This document shows, one piece after another, positions 1 to 10,995 of a stretch of 64,000 nucleotides of DNA. The notes under the pieces were generated by a model. That model saw only the letters and a program-made list of their open reading frames with translations, was not told the origin of the DNA and did no database searches. The position numbers were made by a program, and so were the translations under genes. How positions within the stretch are numbered: position 1 is the stretch's first letter; each line of letters starts with the position of its first letter. Source of the stretch: Pecten maximus (taxonomy: Eukaryota); the NCBI RefSeq assembly GCF_902652985.1, contig NC_047022.1:17794001-17858000 (forward strand), given 5' to 3'.

Positions 1-1575
1 GATAAATCTGAGTTACAAATTTCTGGTTCAAATTTTCTAAAACTTCGGCCCTTTAGCTTACTCCTTGACAAGCAAAGAGCTGTACCTAACAATTACGTTT
101 TCTTGAATGATCTGCTGAAAACATGCAATGTCGAGCGGGGACACGTTCGACTGAATTTATCTGAAGAACATTTTCAAACGGATTGATGTAGCTCAATGTG
201 AAATTTGATTGAATTTAGACCACGTAACTAAAATTTATGCTAGAAAACCCGAACTTGCGTTTATTTTTTCCGCTAGATATTTACACTTTTCTGCTTTAAC
301 AGAGACAAGGAGGTTTTGAAAGTCCCTATCTAACAGCATATCACCCGAAGCTCCCTAGAGGCAAATTGTTCTTTACAAAAAAAACCCAACAAGATAACAT
401 AAGGAACAAAATAACTGAACGATTGCCACGGTAAATATAATGTGGTTAGGGAGCCTCCTATCTACACGAGAGATATAAATATGCCCCGTGCAACAACATC
501 CGTTTAAAACAATCTGCATTGAATCTAGATAAATAGATAAAAATATATCGTGCTAAAATCTCTTGTCTACCGGATCATGTCTGCTCGGTTTTTTTTGAGA
601 AAATACTCATTTACTATACCTATCCAGCGAATTCCGAATCCATATGGTTTGTTTCGCCCTGGACTGACATTGTGGTGGTGGTTCCTTTTGGAAGCTATCG
701 TCCATTTTACCAAATTTGGGATCAGTAAGATCCCTGAGATCACTCGTAGTTTCCAAAGTATATACAGGTTCAACAGCAGTAATCTTAATCGCGGTGACTT
801 CTGTATCTATAGCTGTTGGCACAGAGGTGGGTCGCTTTCTGGTTCTACAGCGTGATAGGCTCCTAACCAGTATCAGAGTCCCAGGAACTCGATGATTCTG
901 GGGGAGTGGTCGTGAGCACGAGTGATGGCTCTTGATGACCTTGCTTTGCAGCGAGTCTCTTTAATGGGAACATCTGCTAATATAGCATTGGAATACATCA
1001 GGGTATTCCGATGTCAGGTCCGTTTACGTCCCTTTTCGGTCTCCAATTGTACTTCCTATAAGGCATTATCTCTATTGGGTATGTAAGTGACCCTATTGGG
1101 TTCCTATTCCTTACAAGGTCTCCAACTTTAATCTTTGTCTCACGGACTGGCCTGTCGTAGCGAGCTTTGTTGTGTGCCGTTACTTTGGCAGCCTTAGTAC
1201 ACCAGCAACCTTATAAAGATATCCCTTCCTACTTAAAGTTTGCTAACTTAAGGGTTGTGATCTGCTGTCCTATGTTTACAAGGGCTCGTCCCTAAGACAG
1301 TGTCCACAGAAAGGCGGGAATATTAGACAAACATTAAGTATGCGGAGAAAATCCGGTGGCATCACTTTTTTGAGACATTGTAAGCTTGAACTATTGGAGC
1401 AACAGAGGACGTACAATCCACCTTTTCCTCGTGTGTAGCAAGAAAACCCAAGAGAGTGCGATTAAATTATTTCACAGACCTGTTCTGGTCTCCTGAAGTA
1501 GGATTTTTTACAGAGAGTTCTTTCAAAACCTTACCTTCAACCTATCTACCCTGATCGTTGAAGGTAACACTTTAA
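1..1575 (-). mobile_element. Decayed Gypsy LTR retrotransposon 3' part (integrase remnant, possible PPT and start of 3' LTR near 285)
   Basis: Minus-strand translation with stops and frameshifts gives DQGR*VEGKVLKEL, SVK*FNRTLLGFLA...VAPIVQAYN and HNKARYDRPVRETKIKVGDLV, matching Gypsy integrase core and C-terminal motifs. A purine run AAAGCAGAAAAG followed by TGTAA at about 285 may be the PPT/LTR start. Confidence 0.7.
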
Positions 1576-1580
1576 CAACA

Positions 1581-2620
1581 GTGATGGCCGAGAAAGGAAC
1601 AGGGATGGTATATATTGGTGTAGTGATGGTAGAGAAAGGAACATGGATGGTAGCGACAGGAGAAGGGATGGTAGCGACAGGAGAAGTGATGTTAGAGACA
1701 GGAGCAATGATGGTAGAGATTAGGACAGTGATAGTAGAGAAAGGAACATGGATGGTAGCGACAGGAGAAGGGATGGTAGATACAGGAACAGTGATGATAG
1801 AGACAGAAGCAATGATGGTAGAGACAGGAGCGAGCAGGGATGGAAGAGATAGGGACATTGATGGTAGAGATAGGGGCAGGGATGGTAGAGATAGGGACAG
1901 GGATGGTAGAGATAGGGGCAGGGATGGTAGAGACAGGAGCGAGCAGGGATGGAAGAGATAGGGGCAGTGATGGTAGAGATAGGGACAGTGATGGTAGAGA
2001 TAGGGGCAGTGATGGTAGAGATAGGGACAGTGATGGTAGAGATAGGGACAGTGATGGTAGAGATAGGGACAGGGATGGTAGAGATAGGGGCAGGGATGGT
2101 AGAGACAGGAACAGTGATGGTAAAGATAGGAGCAGTGATGGTAGAGACAGGAACAGGGATGGTAGAGACAGGAACAGGGATGGTAGAGACAGGAACAGTG
2201 ATGGTAAAGATAGGGGCAGTGATGGTAGAAATAGGGACAGTGATGGTAGAGATAGGGGCAGGGATGGTAGAGATAGGGGCAGGGATGGTAGAGACAGGAA
2301 CAGTGATGGTAGAGACGGGAGCAATGATGGTAGCGACAGGAGCATTAATGGTAGAGATAGGAACAGGGATGGTAGAGAGAGGGACAGGGATGGTAGAGAC
2401 AGGAACAGGGATGGTAGAGAGAGAAAGGATGATAGAGATAGGAGCAGGGATGGTAGTGAGGAACAGGAGTGGTAGAGAGAGGGACAGGGATGGTAGAGAC
2501 GGGAGCAGGGATGGTAGAGAGAGATAGGGATGATAGAGAGCGGAACAGGGATGATAGAGAGAGGAGTAGGGATGGTAGAGAGAGGGGCAGGAAAGTTCAC
2601 GGTTGAGACAGGAGGGGGAA
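1581..2620. repeat. Purine-rich 21-bp minisatellite (GATGGTAGAGAYAGGRRCAGK-like unit)
   Basis: Dozens of visible 21-nt units. They produce the 7-aa periodic ORFs in the track (DGRDRDS, MVEIGTV, LPSLFLS). Confidence 0.95.
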
Positions 2621-3969
2621 AAAGCGGGATGGTGGGACGATCGGAAAAAATTGCGGAAGACGGAATAGATGTAGGTGAAAGAGCTTGCTCATTCAAGATC
2701 GGTGCGGTCGGAAACGAACGCAATGGAGATGGCATATTGGTGTCGTTTTCATCGTGGCTGGATACATCAACAAGCAGCAATGTCTTGGCGAAGGGCTTCG
2801 AGACCTACAAAATCATAAAATTATTTTTTATTAACTTTTAATGAATAAATAATTTTATGAGTACATACACCTGAATGTAAAACACAATAATCATCTATAA
2901 AATGATAAACGATGTTTGATTATCCAGACTCATTTTTAAATGCAAAACATAACATTTCTGTTATTAAACATGACTTAATTCTAGACTGATTGAGAACTTT
3001 TTAAAATATTGACTTATCAATCGAATATGGAAGATGAACATCCAATCGGATCTGTATTTTTTACAACCAGAACAAAATTAGAGACGACCAACATATATCA
3101 TCAAACAGAAAAAAATAGTTCTCAATATTTTAATGAAAGACCCAGTTAATTCAAATTTAATACTCATTTAGATTTGTAAGTACATGTATGCATGTATAAT
3201 GTCATGTATGTAAATCTCTACACTGTATATGTTAATGACAATAATATTGTCATTTTCGCTACCCTGATAAGTCAACAAACAAATCATATGAAAGGTTCAG
3301 GTAAGACAACCAAAAGATCAGGCACGGACCTGATGAGTATGACGACACCTGTGACAGCTCGTTAGCAGGCACACCATGTGGGTCGGGTAAAGTCAGACGC
3401 CAGACCATAGCCCGGGGTGTTCACCTGTTACTTTTTTCTATCTGAGATGAAAGTACACTTACATGTACACTTGTCATTAACTGATTAAGAACTTAAAGAC
3501 AAACGACTAAACTCACTTTAGAGGCCCTTAAAAAGAAACAGTTTACTTCTTATTATAAAGTGATGATCGTAAAACAAAATGATACCAGTAACATACGCAG
3601 ATATTAATATTCAAAAAGCCCAAAGTTACTCAATATGAGTATGTACGTTTCTTTTATCCTACACTAAAGGAAGAACTTTTAAAAGTAGACAAAGTTCGGC
3701 ACATAACATACTATATTGTGTATGTCATTGTAATATCACCTCAGTATGATTTTAGTGAAATGCACTTTTTATACGATAAATGATATTTATATTTTTAAAT
3801 AGATATATGATAATAACATTAATGATTGTTTATTGACTGATTCATTTTTTTTTTTATTAAAAGTTATCTCGAATTGATGGTGGCGACTGAATGTCTATTT
3901 GTATCCAGTGGCAGAGAAAGCGACACAAATACATTATTACATCCGAAGGTAACTAGTGTGATATCGACT

Positions 3970-5050
3970 ATGACCCTTCATATCAACTTCTCGAAGGCGT
4001 GGCAAGGCGCTACACGAAGAAAAATGGAAAATTATTGAAAAACACAAGCAAGGATGGAAATCTTTCGCGATCCCTAAAGAGATGCAGCAGCCTGACAGAC
4101 AAGTTACAGTTCAAAATATCCGATATGCCATACATGCCTACCAAACAAGTGCATTATCTGTTGTCACTTCATATGAAGAACGCGTTAAGACACTTGAAAC
4201 TCTAAATACGGGCCACTTACAACAAATTAAAGATACTCTAATCAACGACCCCACCTCCTCTAGTGCCGACGTCAGAAATAATATCGCGGAAGATGGTAAT
4301 ACTGTAAGTACAGTGAGGAGAGCGATTAAGACAGCAGGATGTAAAGCTGCACAACCCCGATACTGTCAAATGATACAAAATGTGAACAAGGTCAAGCGTT
4401 TGGACTTTTGTAATGAACTGTAGACTAGTAATGAAGGCTTTGATAACGCGATCTTCACGGATGAATCAACCACTCAGATGCATGGCATTAAAACTGTATG
4501 CTACAGACCCATTAGTGAACGCGCGCCGAATCATTGTAAGCCAAAGCACCCGCTCAAAATTTATTTTTAGGGAGGTATCAGTCGCAAAGGAAAAACTCCG
4601 CTTATGATTTTCGAAGGGATTATGGAGAAAAAGTTATACCCGGATAAAATTTTAAAGGCGCCCTTCTACCGTTCATACAGCGAAATGTCTCCTGATGGAC
4701 ATAGATTCGTACATGAGAATGACCCAAAACACAATTCCATCTACGCAAGAGATTTTATGACGAAGAATCAAATAAATTGGTCGAAGTTACCCGCGGAAAG
4801 TTGTGATCTGAATCCAATTTAAATGGTATGGAATATGTTAAAGAGAAATGTGTCTAAACGAGAACCTACAACCAAAGAAGAACTCATAGGATTTGTCAGG
4901 GATTTTGTGGAGATCATGTTTACAAAGTCATCCCAGTTGTGATGGGGTTAAAAGGGAGGGCCTCTGCAGATCTACCAAATAAACTGTTCCGTGAATCGCC
5001 GAGACACAAGAGCATAGCTGAAGCTACGAAGTGAAGAGTTTCGCCGACAA
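3970..5050 (+). mobile_element. Tc1-like DD34E transposase, inactivated
   Basis: Motifs VSTVRRAI, PRYCQMI, IFTDES, KPKHPLK, GGISRKG, HENDPKH and PAESCDLNPI*MVWNMLK. There are 34 residues between the second acidic position and the catalytic E codon, which is now TAA. TIRs not identified. Confidence 0.9.
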
Positions 5051-5063
5051 CTTGACATGTGCA

Positions 5064-5515
5064 GGGACCACGGAACCAAATGATTTCCAATAGACGGTAA
5101 TGTTAACGTTTATCACTGTACTGCTTAAATGGAGTTTTCAACACTGGTCCAGTAGCAATAATTTTGAAGTATGTCATCTCGGAAACCTCTAAATGGAATT
5201 ATAAAAAATTCTACCAATTTGAACTTTTTTTATATGGGGGCCGCCATCTTGTATTGAAATCAGCACCATAAATTCATATAAATTAACAACAAAATACACA
5301 CTTACTTACCTCCCCCTGACAAAAACAGGCTAGCAAAAAAATAACTGTTTTTCTATATATTTTACATCTATATGTATTGCCCGACCCACATATTAAAACT
5401 TTGGAAACTTCTCTCACCTTAATATCCAATCAGTAGGCCCCGATGTATTCACCTTCCTATTAAATCCCAAACGGGGAAAACCCACATTCTATTTTTGATT
5501 TGGTTCCGTGGTCCC
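5064..5515 (+). mobile_element. MITE of about 450 bp, TIR GGGACCACGGAACCAAA, 4-bp TSD TGCA (possibly Sola2-like)
   Basis: Perfect terminal inverted repeats, with TGCA at 5060-5063 and 5516-5519. A second copy lies at 57985-58401. Confidence 0.9.
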
Positions 5516-8500
5516 TGCACTGCATGATAAATTTATGTGCACGTATAAACGGCATTAACTGTAGTTTAATCCTGTAGTCTCATCATAATGGAAATTGCCC
5601 GTTTACTGAGAAGAAATTACCATAGACATGTGACGCAAGTATAATCTTTTTTAATTTAAAAGGGATTTTAGTTTCAACTGTATATGTACAAATTGTACAT
5701 GTTGTATGCTACGAATTTTGATACCTAAAATTGTTATAACATTACCAGTAATTACCTGAAATGTAATTTCATATGAAACGGGTTACATAGCAACTGTACA
5801 CGTGATATGCAAGAAACTGTGATAATATTATAAAAGAATTAATTACCTAAAGCAAATTGTACATCTTTGGTATTGATTAACATAAACGTACGGGGTACAT
5901 ATTTAAACTTTGTCTGTATTCATTTACATGTACATGAAGTGTAGAATTATTATTCAGAAACAAATGATACAATTTCAACATAAAGACGTTAAATGCATAC
6001 AAACATATTTCAAATATTTACCCCAGACCTAAGTTCGGAAGTTAATAAAGATAAGTCAGATTGAAAGTCATGGAAAATGCGATACATAAATATTCAGTTT
6101 ATGTAAATGAAATTCGGAAATACCTTAAATACAAGTATATAAATGCTGTGGATCCTCGGTAAAAGTTTACATCTTCGTTTATATTAATATATTTCAGAAA
6201 ATACGTTAAGCCACGTACTTGTATTATACAAATTGAGACGGGTCGTTTTTTGGTCATACATAATGTTATTAGTTATTTTACAAGATATTTAACATACCAA
6301 ACTTACAATTCACTTTTGTGACTTAAATTCTAAACAAGGATTTTATTATTGGGGCGAAGCAACAGAGCGAACGAGATTTAGCGCGAACCTGATAGACCTA
6401 CAGTATCATGTACTGTAAATGTATCTGGCTTAAACTGAAATCGAAGAAATGTCATGTAAAATCCACACAAAACATTGTCTTAAACAGAGGTATGACAAGT
6501 TCAATATAATTCAATTTTTGAAATATTTCGATCGGTATATGGAAAAACGAGAGTATATATTATATTAAATATCAAACCTTTATACACCAATGTGCTGTGG
6601 CTAGAACATGGGTGTACATGTACAGTGATACATTAAAGTGGGCTTACCTCATTCTTTTTATATCGTTTGGAAGACTCTCTAATGTCTTTTAAGCGCTGGT
6701 TAAGTTTTGGAACTCTCCAGTTTCTATTACGACAGCATCTGACACTTCTGTCTTTTTATATCCCCATTGAACACTATACACCTGGCCTATCGTAACACTA
6801 CCATAACACAGAATCCTTGATCTCGGAACAACTAAACTAGTATCGTCCTCATGAAATGTAACTAAAACGTTTGAACATTCTTTCGTAGCATTCCGAAGTG
6901 GCATATTGAACAGAAAATATGGTATCGAGTGTGTCGTCTTCACGTACATGTAACTAATTGCAATATGACAGTTTGAGTATAAGTACAGTTTCGAAGTAGT
7001 TTTTCTGAATGTTAAATAAACAAAGAGTCGTCATGGTAGCACTATGAAAACTTGACGGAAGCCACATTTACCTCTCGCTTGATCATGGCCACATGTTTAC
7101 TACAGAACGCTAATTATATAATTAAAGGTGCTACACCTTCAACAGATAGTATTTTTTATCAATTAAAAACGCGAATAGACTCGTATGTATTTTTCTTCAA
7201 GAATAAAAGTTGCACACTTGACATTATTTCCACCCCCGGAAAGTTTCATCTTCTTATTTATCTTTAATTTAAAATAGAATAAAATAATTAATTGCGTCCC
7301 AAAGAAATTCCATTTCGTTTCGCCACCATAATGACTGAGATACTGATTGCGCTTGCGCCGAACACAGAAACACAAACGAGTATAGGAACCACATGGTGAA
7401 CCGAGAAAAGGCAACATGTGTTAGCCTAACATCTCCAGAGGGAAGGAAGCATACATTAGACTATGAAAGAGAACGAAGAAAGTGAAGGGTTTCAATCGGA
7501 GACTGCACAGACCGGTGGAATTATAAACGACAATGGAATCGGAACTCATACGGAAATGACACAGTTGAGTTTTTGTTGGAGAGGCAATGTGTAATGTACA
7601 CACGTACGTATAGTGTAACGTTCGGTCTGTTGTCTTTTTTACTGAAAACTCTAAGTATATGATGCGATTGAATCAATGGTTAGGATTTCTTTTGTGATAT
7701 GTAGTGATGGCAGATTCACTATTTATAGTTCACCAGCTAAAACCTATTGATAAATCGGGGTGTTCTCTGAACGCCAACATTTTTTTTAACAATAGGTAGG
7801 TTTGAATTTTTTTAGGATCACTTTAATGGCTTAGCAACTAATCCTGACCCGTCTAATAATGACCAGCAGCATACAATGTACTTATTTACATGTTGATATG
7901 GAATATAGATATCTGTTTTTGGAATTTGACCTGATGAAATTAATAGTTCTATCACAGTGTTGACAGTCTATATAATAATAATCTAATATATAACAAAACG
8001 TAATAGAACTGCTTTGAGTATAATACGTTGATCAGCACATCCTCTGAATATTTAAACTATCGATATAAGTAAACGTCTGTGTAGAGTTTGCAACTCTGGT
8101 GACATAGAAGATGAATATCGCTCTTTGTAATTTGTCAAATTTTCAAGTCCTGTATTGAGAGGTAGTCAATACCATGCGACCAATGTAGCAATTAATATTA
8201 ATTAAATGTGTACCTTGTTGTACAATAGAACATACAAGTGTTGGGGAAATATATTTACATGTATATTGCTGTTTGCGCAGACTTAAATATATATGTTTAG
8301 ATGCATATATTATCATCAATAGAACAAAACTTCCCAAAGCAGTGAAATTATATATATCTTTAGTCTCAATTAATTCGAATTAACCATATGTCTATATGGT
8401 AATTAATGTGGCAATGAGAGAGTAAATTTACTCTATTTATTTAAATATATATATCTTTTAAATAAGTAAAAATGATTTTCTAAGACTTTGATAAGATAAA

Positions 8501-8667
8501 ATCAATTGATAATTTTGAACATAAAGATAATTCTCATGCATAAAATATTGCATTGTCGTTTTAAATTAGAACATAGATATCAAATAAAATAAATATTTTT
8601 GATGTACATGTAAATACATGATGTTTAATTATAAATTCCTAAATTTCACCTACAGGTAGTGTTAACA

Positions 8668-10995
8668 AATCGTTTTATAAGCATTTTTCAAAAAGGAAGA
8701 GTCAAAATGTAGGTAATTTATGCCTGGACCAGTTTTATGATTATTTTAAAGGTATCGCTAATAATACAGTTGAGGGTTCTGAAGTAAATTTGGATCAAAT
8801 AAGATATTATCAGTGTATATATCCTGAACTTGACAATGCTTTTAGCCTTGAAGAATTATTAGCTGCAATTAAGGGGTTGTCTAGAGGTAAGTCTCCGGGG
8901 CTAGACGGGATCCTTAATGAATATCTCATTGAGTACAGTGATGTTTTTGCACCAGTTTTATTGAAACTATTTAATACGATTTTACACGTTGGTTATTTTC
9001 CTAAAGCTTGGTCTGAAGGAGTTATCATCCCTTTGCACAAGAAAGGAGATAAAAATGACGTTAATAATTATAGGGGCATCACTTTGATTAGTCATATAGC
9101 AAAACTATTTACATCACTTTTGAATAAGCGTCTGTTAGAGTGGAGTAAGAGTGAGGGCGTCATAACTGATGCTCAATTCGGGTTTAAGCCAGGAAGTGGT
9201 ACCAGAGACGCCATTTTTGTCCTTAATAGTTTAATAACTAAAACATTACAGAGCAATAAAAGATTGTATTGTGTATTCGTTGATTACAAAAAAGCGTTTG
9301 ATAGTATATCACATGGTAATTTATGGCTAAAGCTTTGGAAATCTGGGGTGAGAGGACGTTTGTTAAATGTTATTAAATCTGTATATAATAGTATCAAATC
9401 TTGTGTAAAATTACATGGCGAGATATCTCCTATGTATGACCTAGAGGTCGGTTTATTACAAGGAGAATCTTTGTCGCCGATAATGTTTTCCCTGTTTGTA
9501 AACGATATGGAATCAGAACTTATTGAATCTAATTGTCAAAGTTATCAAATACAGATGCTTAACCTTTTCTTGATCATGTACGCAGACGATACTATTTTGT
9601 TCTCTGAGGATATTGATGACCTTCAAAATATGCTTGACTTCTTGAAACGATATTCTGATCGATGGAATTTGTCCGTCAATGTAGATAAAACAAAGATTGT
9701 GGTATTTAGAAAAAATAAGCGTTTGTTTCCGAATGAACAATGGATATATGATGGTAAAGTTATTGAGATAGTAGACCAGTTTTGTTATTTGGGTTTAGTT
9801 TTTAATTACAATGGTAAGTTTACAATAGCACAAAATAATATTGCTATACAAGGCAGAAAATCATATTATCTTCTTAATCGTAAAATGAAAAAGTTTATAT
9901 TAAATGAAAATACAAAACTGTCATTGTTTGATACATACGTATCATGTATTCTGAATTACGCTTGTGAAGTGTGGGGCTATAACACTGCGCCACAGGTTGA
10001 AAAACTACACTTGATGGTTTTAAAGTCGATTTTGGGCGTTAAAAGATCTGTTAACAATTCTATGGTGTATTTTGAACTAGGACGTTTTCCTTTTTATATA
10101 ACGAGAAAGATGTTTATTGTTAAATATTGGCTACAACTATTGAATACTGAAAACTGTATATTGAGGGCTTGCTATAATGAGTTATTCGAACTTAACATTA
10201 AAAAGCCTAATAGCAAAGCAAATTGGGTTCATCATTTGAAAAATGACTTATGTTCACTTGGTTTTGGCGATGTATGGTATGCACAGAACGTACCAAATAA
10301 AAACATATTTTTGTTATTGTATAAACAACGGTTACAAGATATTTTTATCCAAGAAACGAGAGCTAGTTTAGAAAGCTCTTCTAAGTGCACCATATATAAA
10401 CACATCGTTGATACGTTTATCATACAGGACTATCTCAGTAAACCATTAACTTTCAAAATAAAACGAATAATATCCAAATACAGATTAAATGCTCATTCGT
10501 TGAATATTGAAATTGGTAGGTACAGTGGTATCCCTAGACACCAAAGGCTGTGTACTTTGTGTGATAATCATGAAGTTGAGGATGAAGTCCATTTTATTTT
10601 GTTATGTCCAAAGTATTTGGATTTAAGGGTGAAGTATTTAAAACCATATTTTTATCGCCGTCCATCTGTTTTCAAAATGACTGAATTGTTCTGTAGTACC
10701 AATGTAAAAACTTTAAGAAATTTTGGAAAATATTTCATTCAGGCGATGGCCAAAAGGAAGTCACTGCTACTTAGTTAATAAGTATTTATGTGTTTGATTA
10801 ATAGTAAATTAATTAGTAATTGCACAATAGTTTTTTCTTTATCAGAACCTCCTAGAGAAAATATGTCTAGGAATATAATTTCAATTATGTGATTGTCTTT
10901 TTATGTCTTAAAAATTCGTGTAGTTTAAAATTGCAATTGTAATATTGTAATTGTATGATATACACTTTTTGTGAAGGCAAAAAAAAAAAAAAAAA
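8668..10995 (+). mobile_element. 5'-truncated non-LTR retrotransposon (RTE-X-like LINE) with poly(A) tail
   Basis: The frame stays open from about 8661 to 10778. Poly(A) at 10979-10995. Possible TSD TGTTAACA/TATTAACA. Confidence 0.9.
8790..10778 (+). CDS. LINE ORF2 reverse transcriptase with C-terminal CCHC-type zinc finger (endonuclease lost by 5' truncation)
   Basis: KSPGLDG, NYRGITL, QFGFKPG, FVDYKKAFDS, GLLQGESLSP, MYADD and RLCTLCDNHEVEDEVHFILLC, uninterrupted over 662 aa. Confidence 0.9.
   Translation: MDQIRYYQCIYPELDNAFSLEELLAAIKGLSRGKSPGLDGILNEYLIEYSDVFAPVLLKLFNTILHVGYFPKAWSEGVIIPLHKKGDKNDVNNYRGITLISHIAKLFTSLLNKRLLEWSKSEGVITDAQFGFKPGSGTRDAIFVLNSLITKTLQSNKRLYCVFVDYKKAFDSISHGNLWLKLWKSGVRGRLLNVIKSVYNSIKSCVKLHGEISPMYDLEVGLLQGESLSPIMFSLFVNDMESELIESNCQSYQIQMLNLFLIMYADDTILFSEDIDDLQNMLDFLKRYSDRWNLSVNVDKTKIVVFRKNKRLFPNEQWIYDGKVIEIVDQFCYLGLVFNYNGKFTIAQNNIAIQGRKSYYLLNRKMKKFILNENTKLSLFDTYVSCILNYACEVWGYNTAPQVEKLHLMVLKSILGVKRSVNNSMVYFELGRFPFYITRKMFIVKYWLQLLNTENCILRACYNELFELNIKKPNSKANWVHHLKNDLCSLGFGDVWYAQNVPNKNIFLLLYKQRLQDIFIQETRASLESSSKCTIYKHIVDTFIIQDYLSKPLTFKIKRIISKYRLNAHSLNIEIGRYSGIPRHQRLCTLCDNHEVEDEVHFILLCPKYLDLRVKYLKPYFYRRPSVFKMTELFCSTNVKTLRNFGKYFIQAMAKRKSLLLS

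Larger units (their letters stand above)
1600..6905 (-). pseudogene. Putative decayed spliced gene: BEND5-N-like exon (about 6648-6905), small exon (about 3330-3441) and Pro/Ser/Thr-rich exon (from about 2804 into the 21-bp repeat)
   Basis: Exon 1 reads VLVTFHEDDTSLVVPRSRI...VYSVQWG...AVVIETG and ends AATGAG|GTAAGC. Acceptors TTTCATCTCAG (about 3442) and TTTTGTAG (about 2805) have compatible phases. In-frame stops and a frameshift are present. Confidence 0.4.

Noticed and set aside
1523-2841. Overlapping long ORFs as independent protein genes
   Set aside because: They arise from a stop-poor 21-bp repeat. At most one frame is a relic exon.
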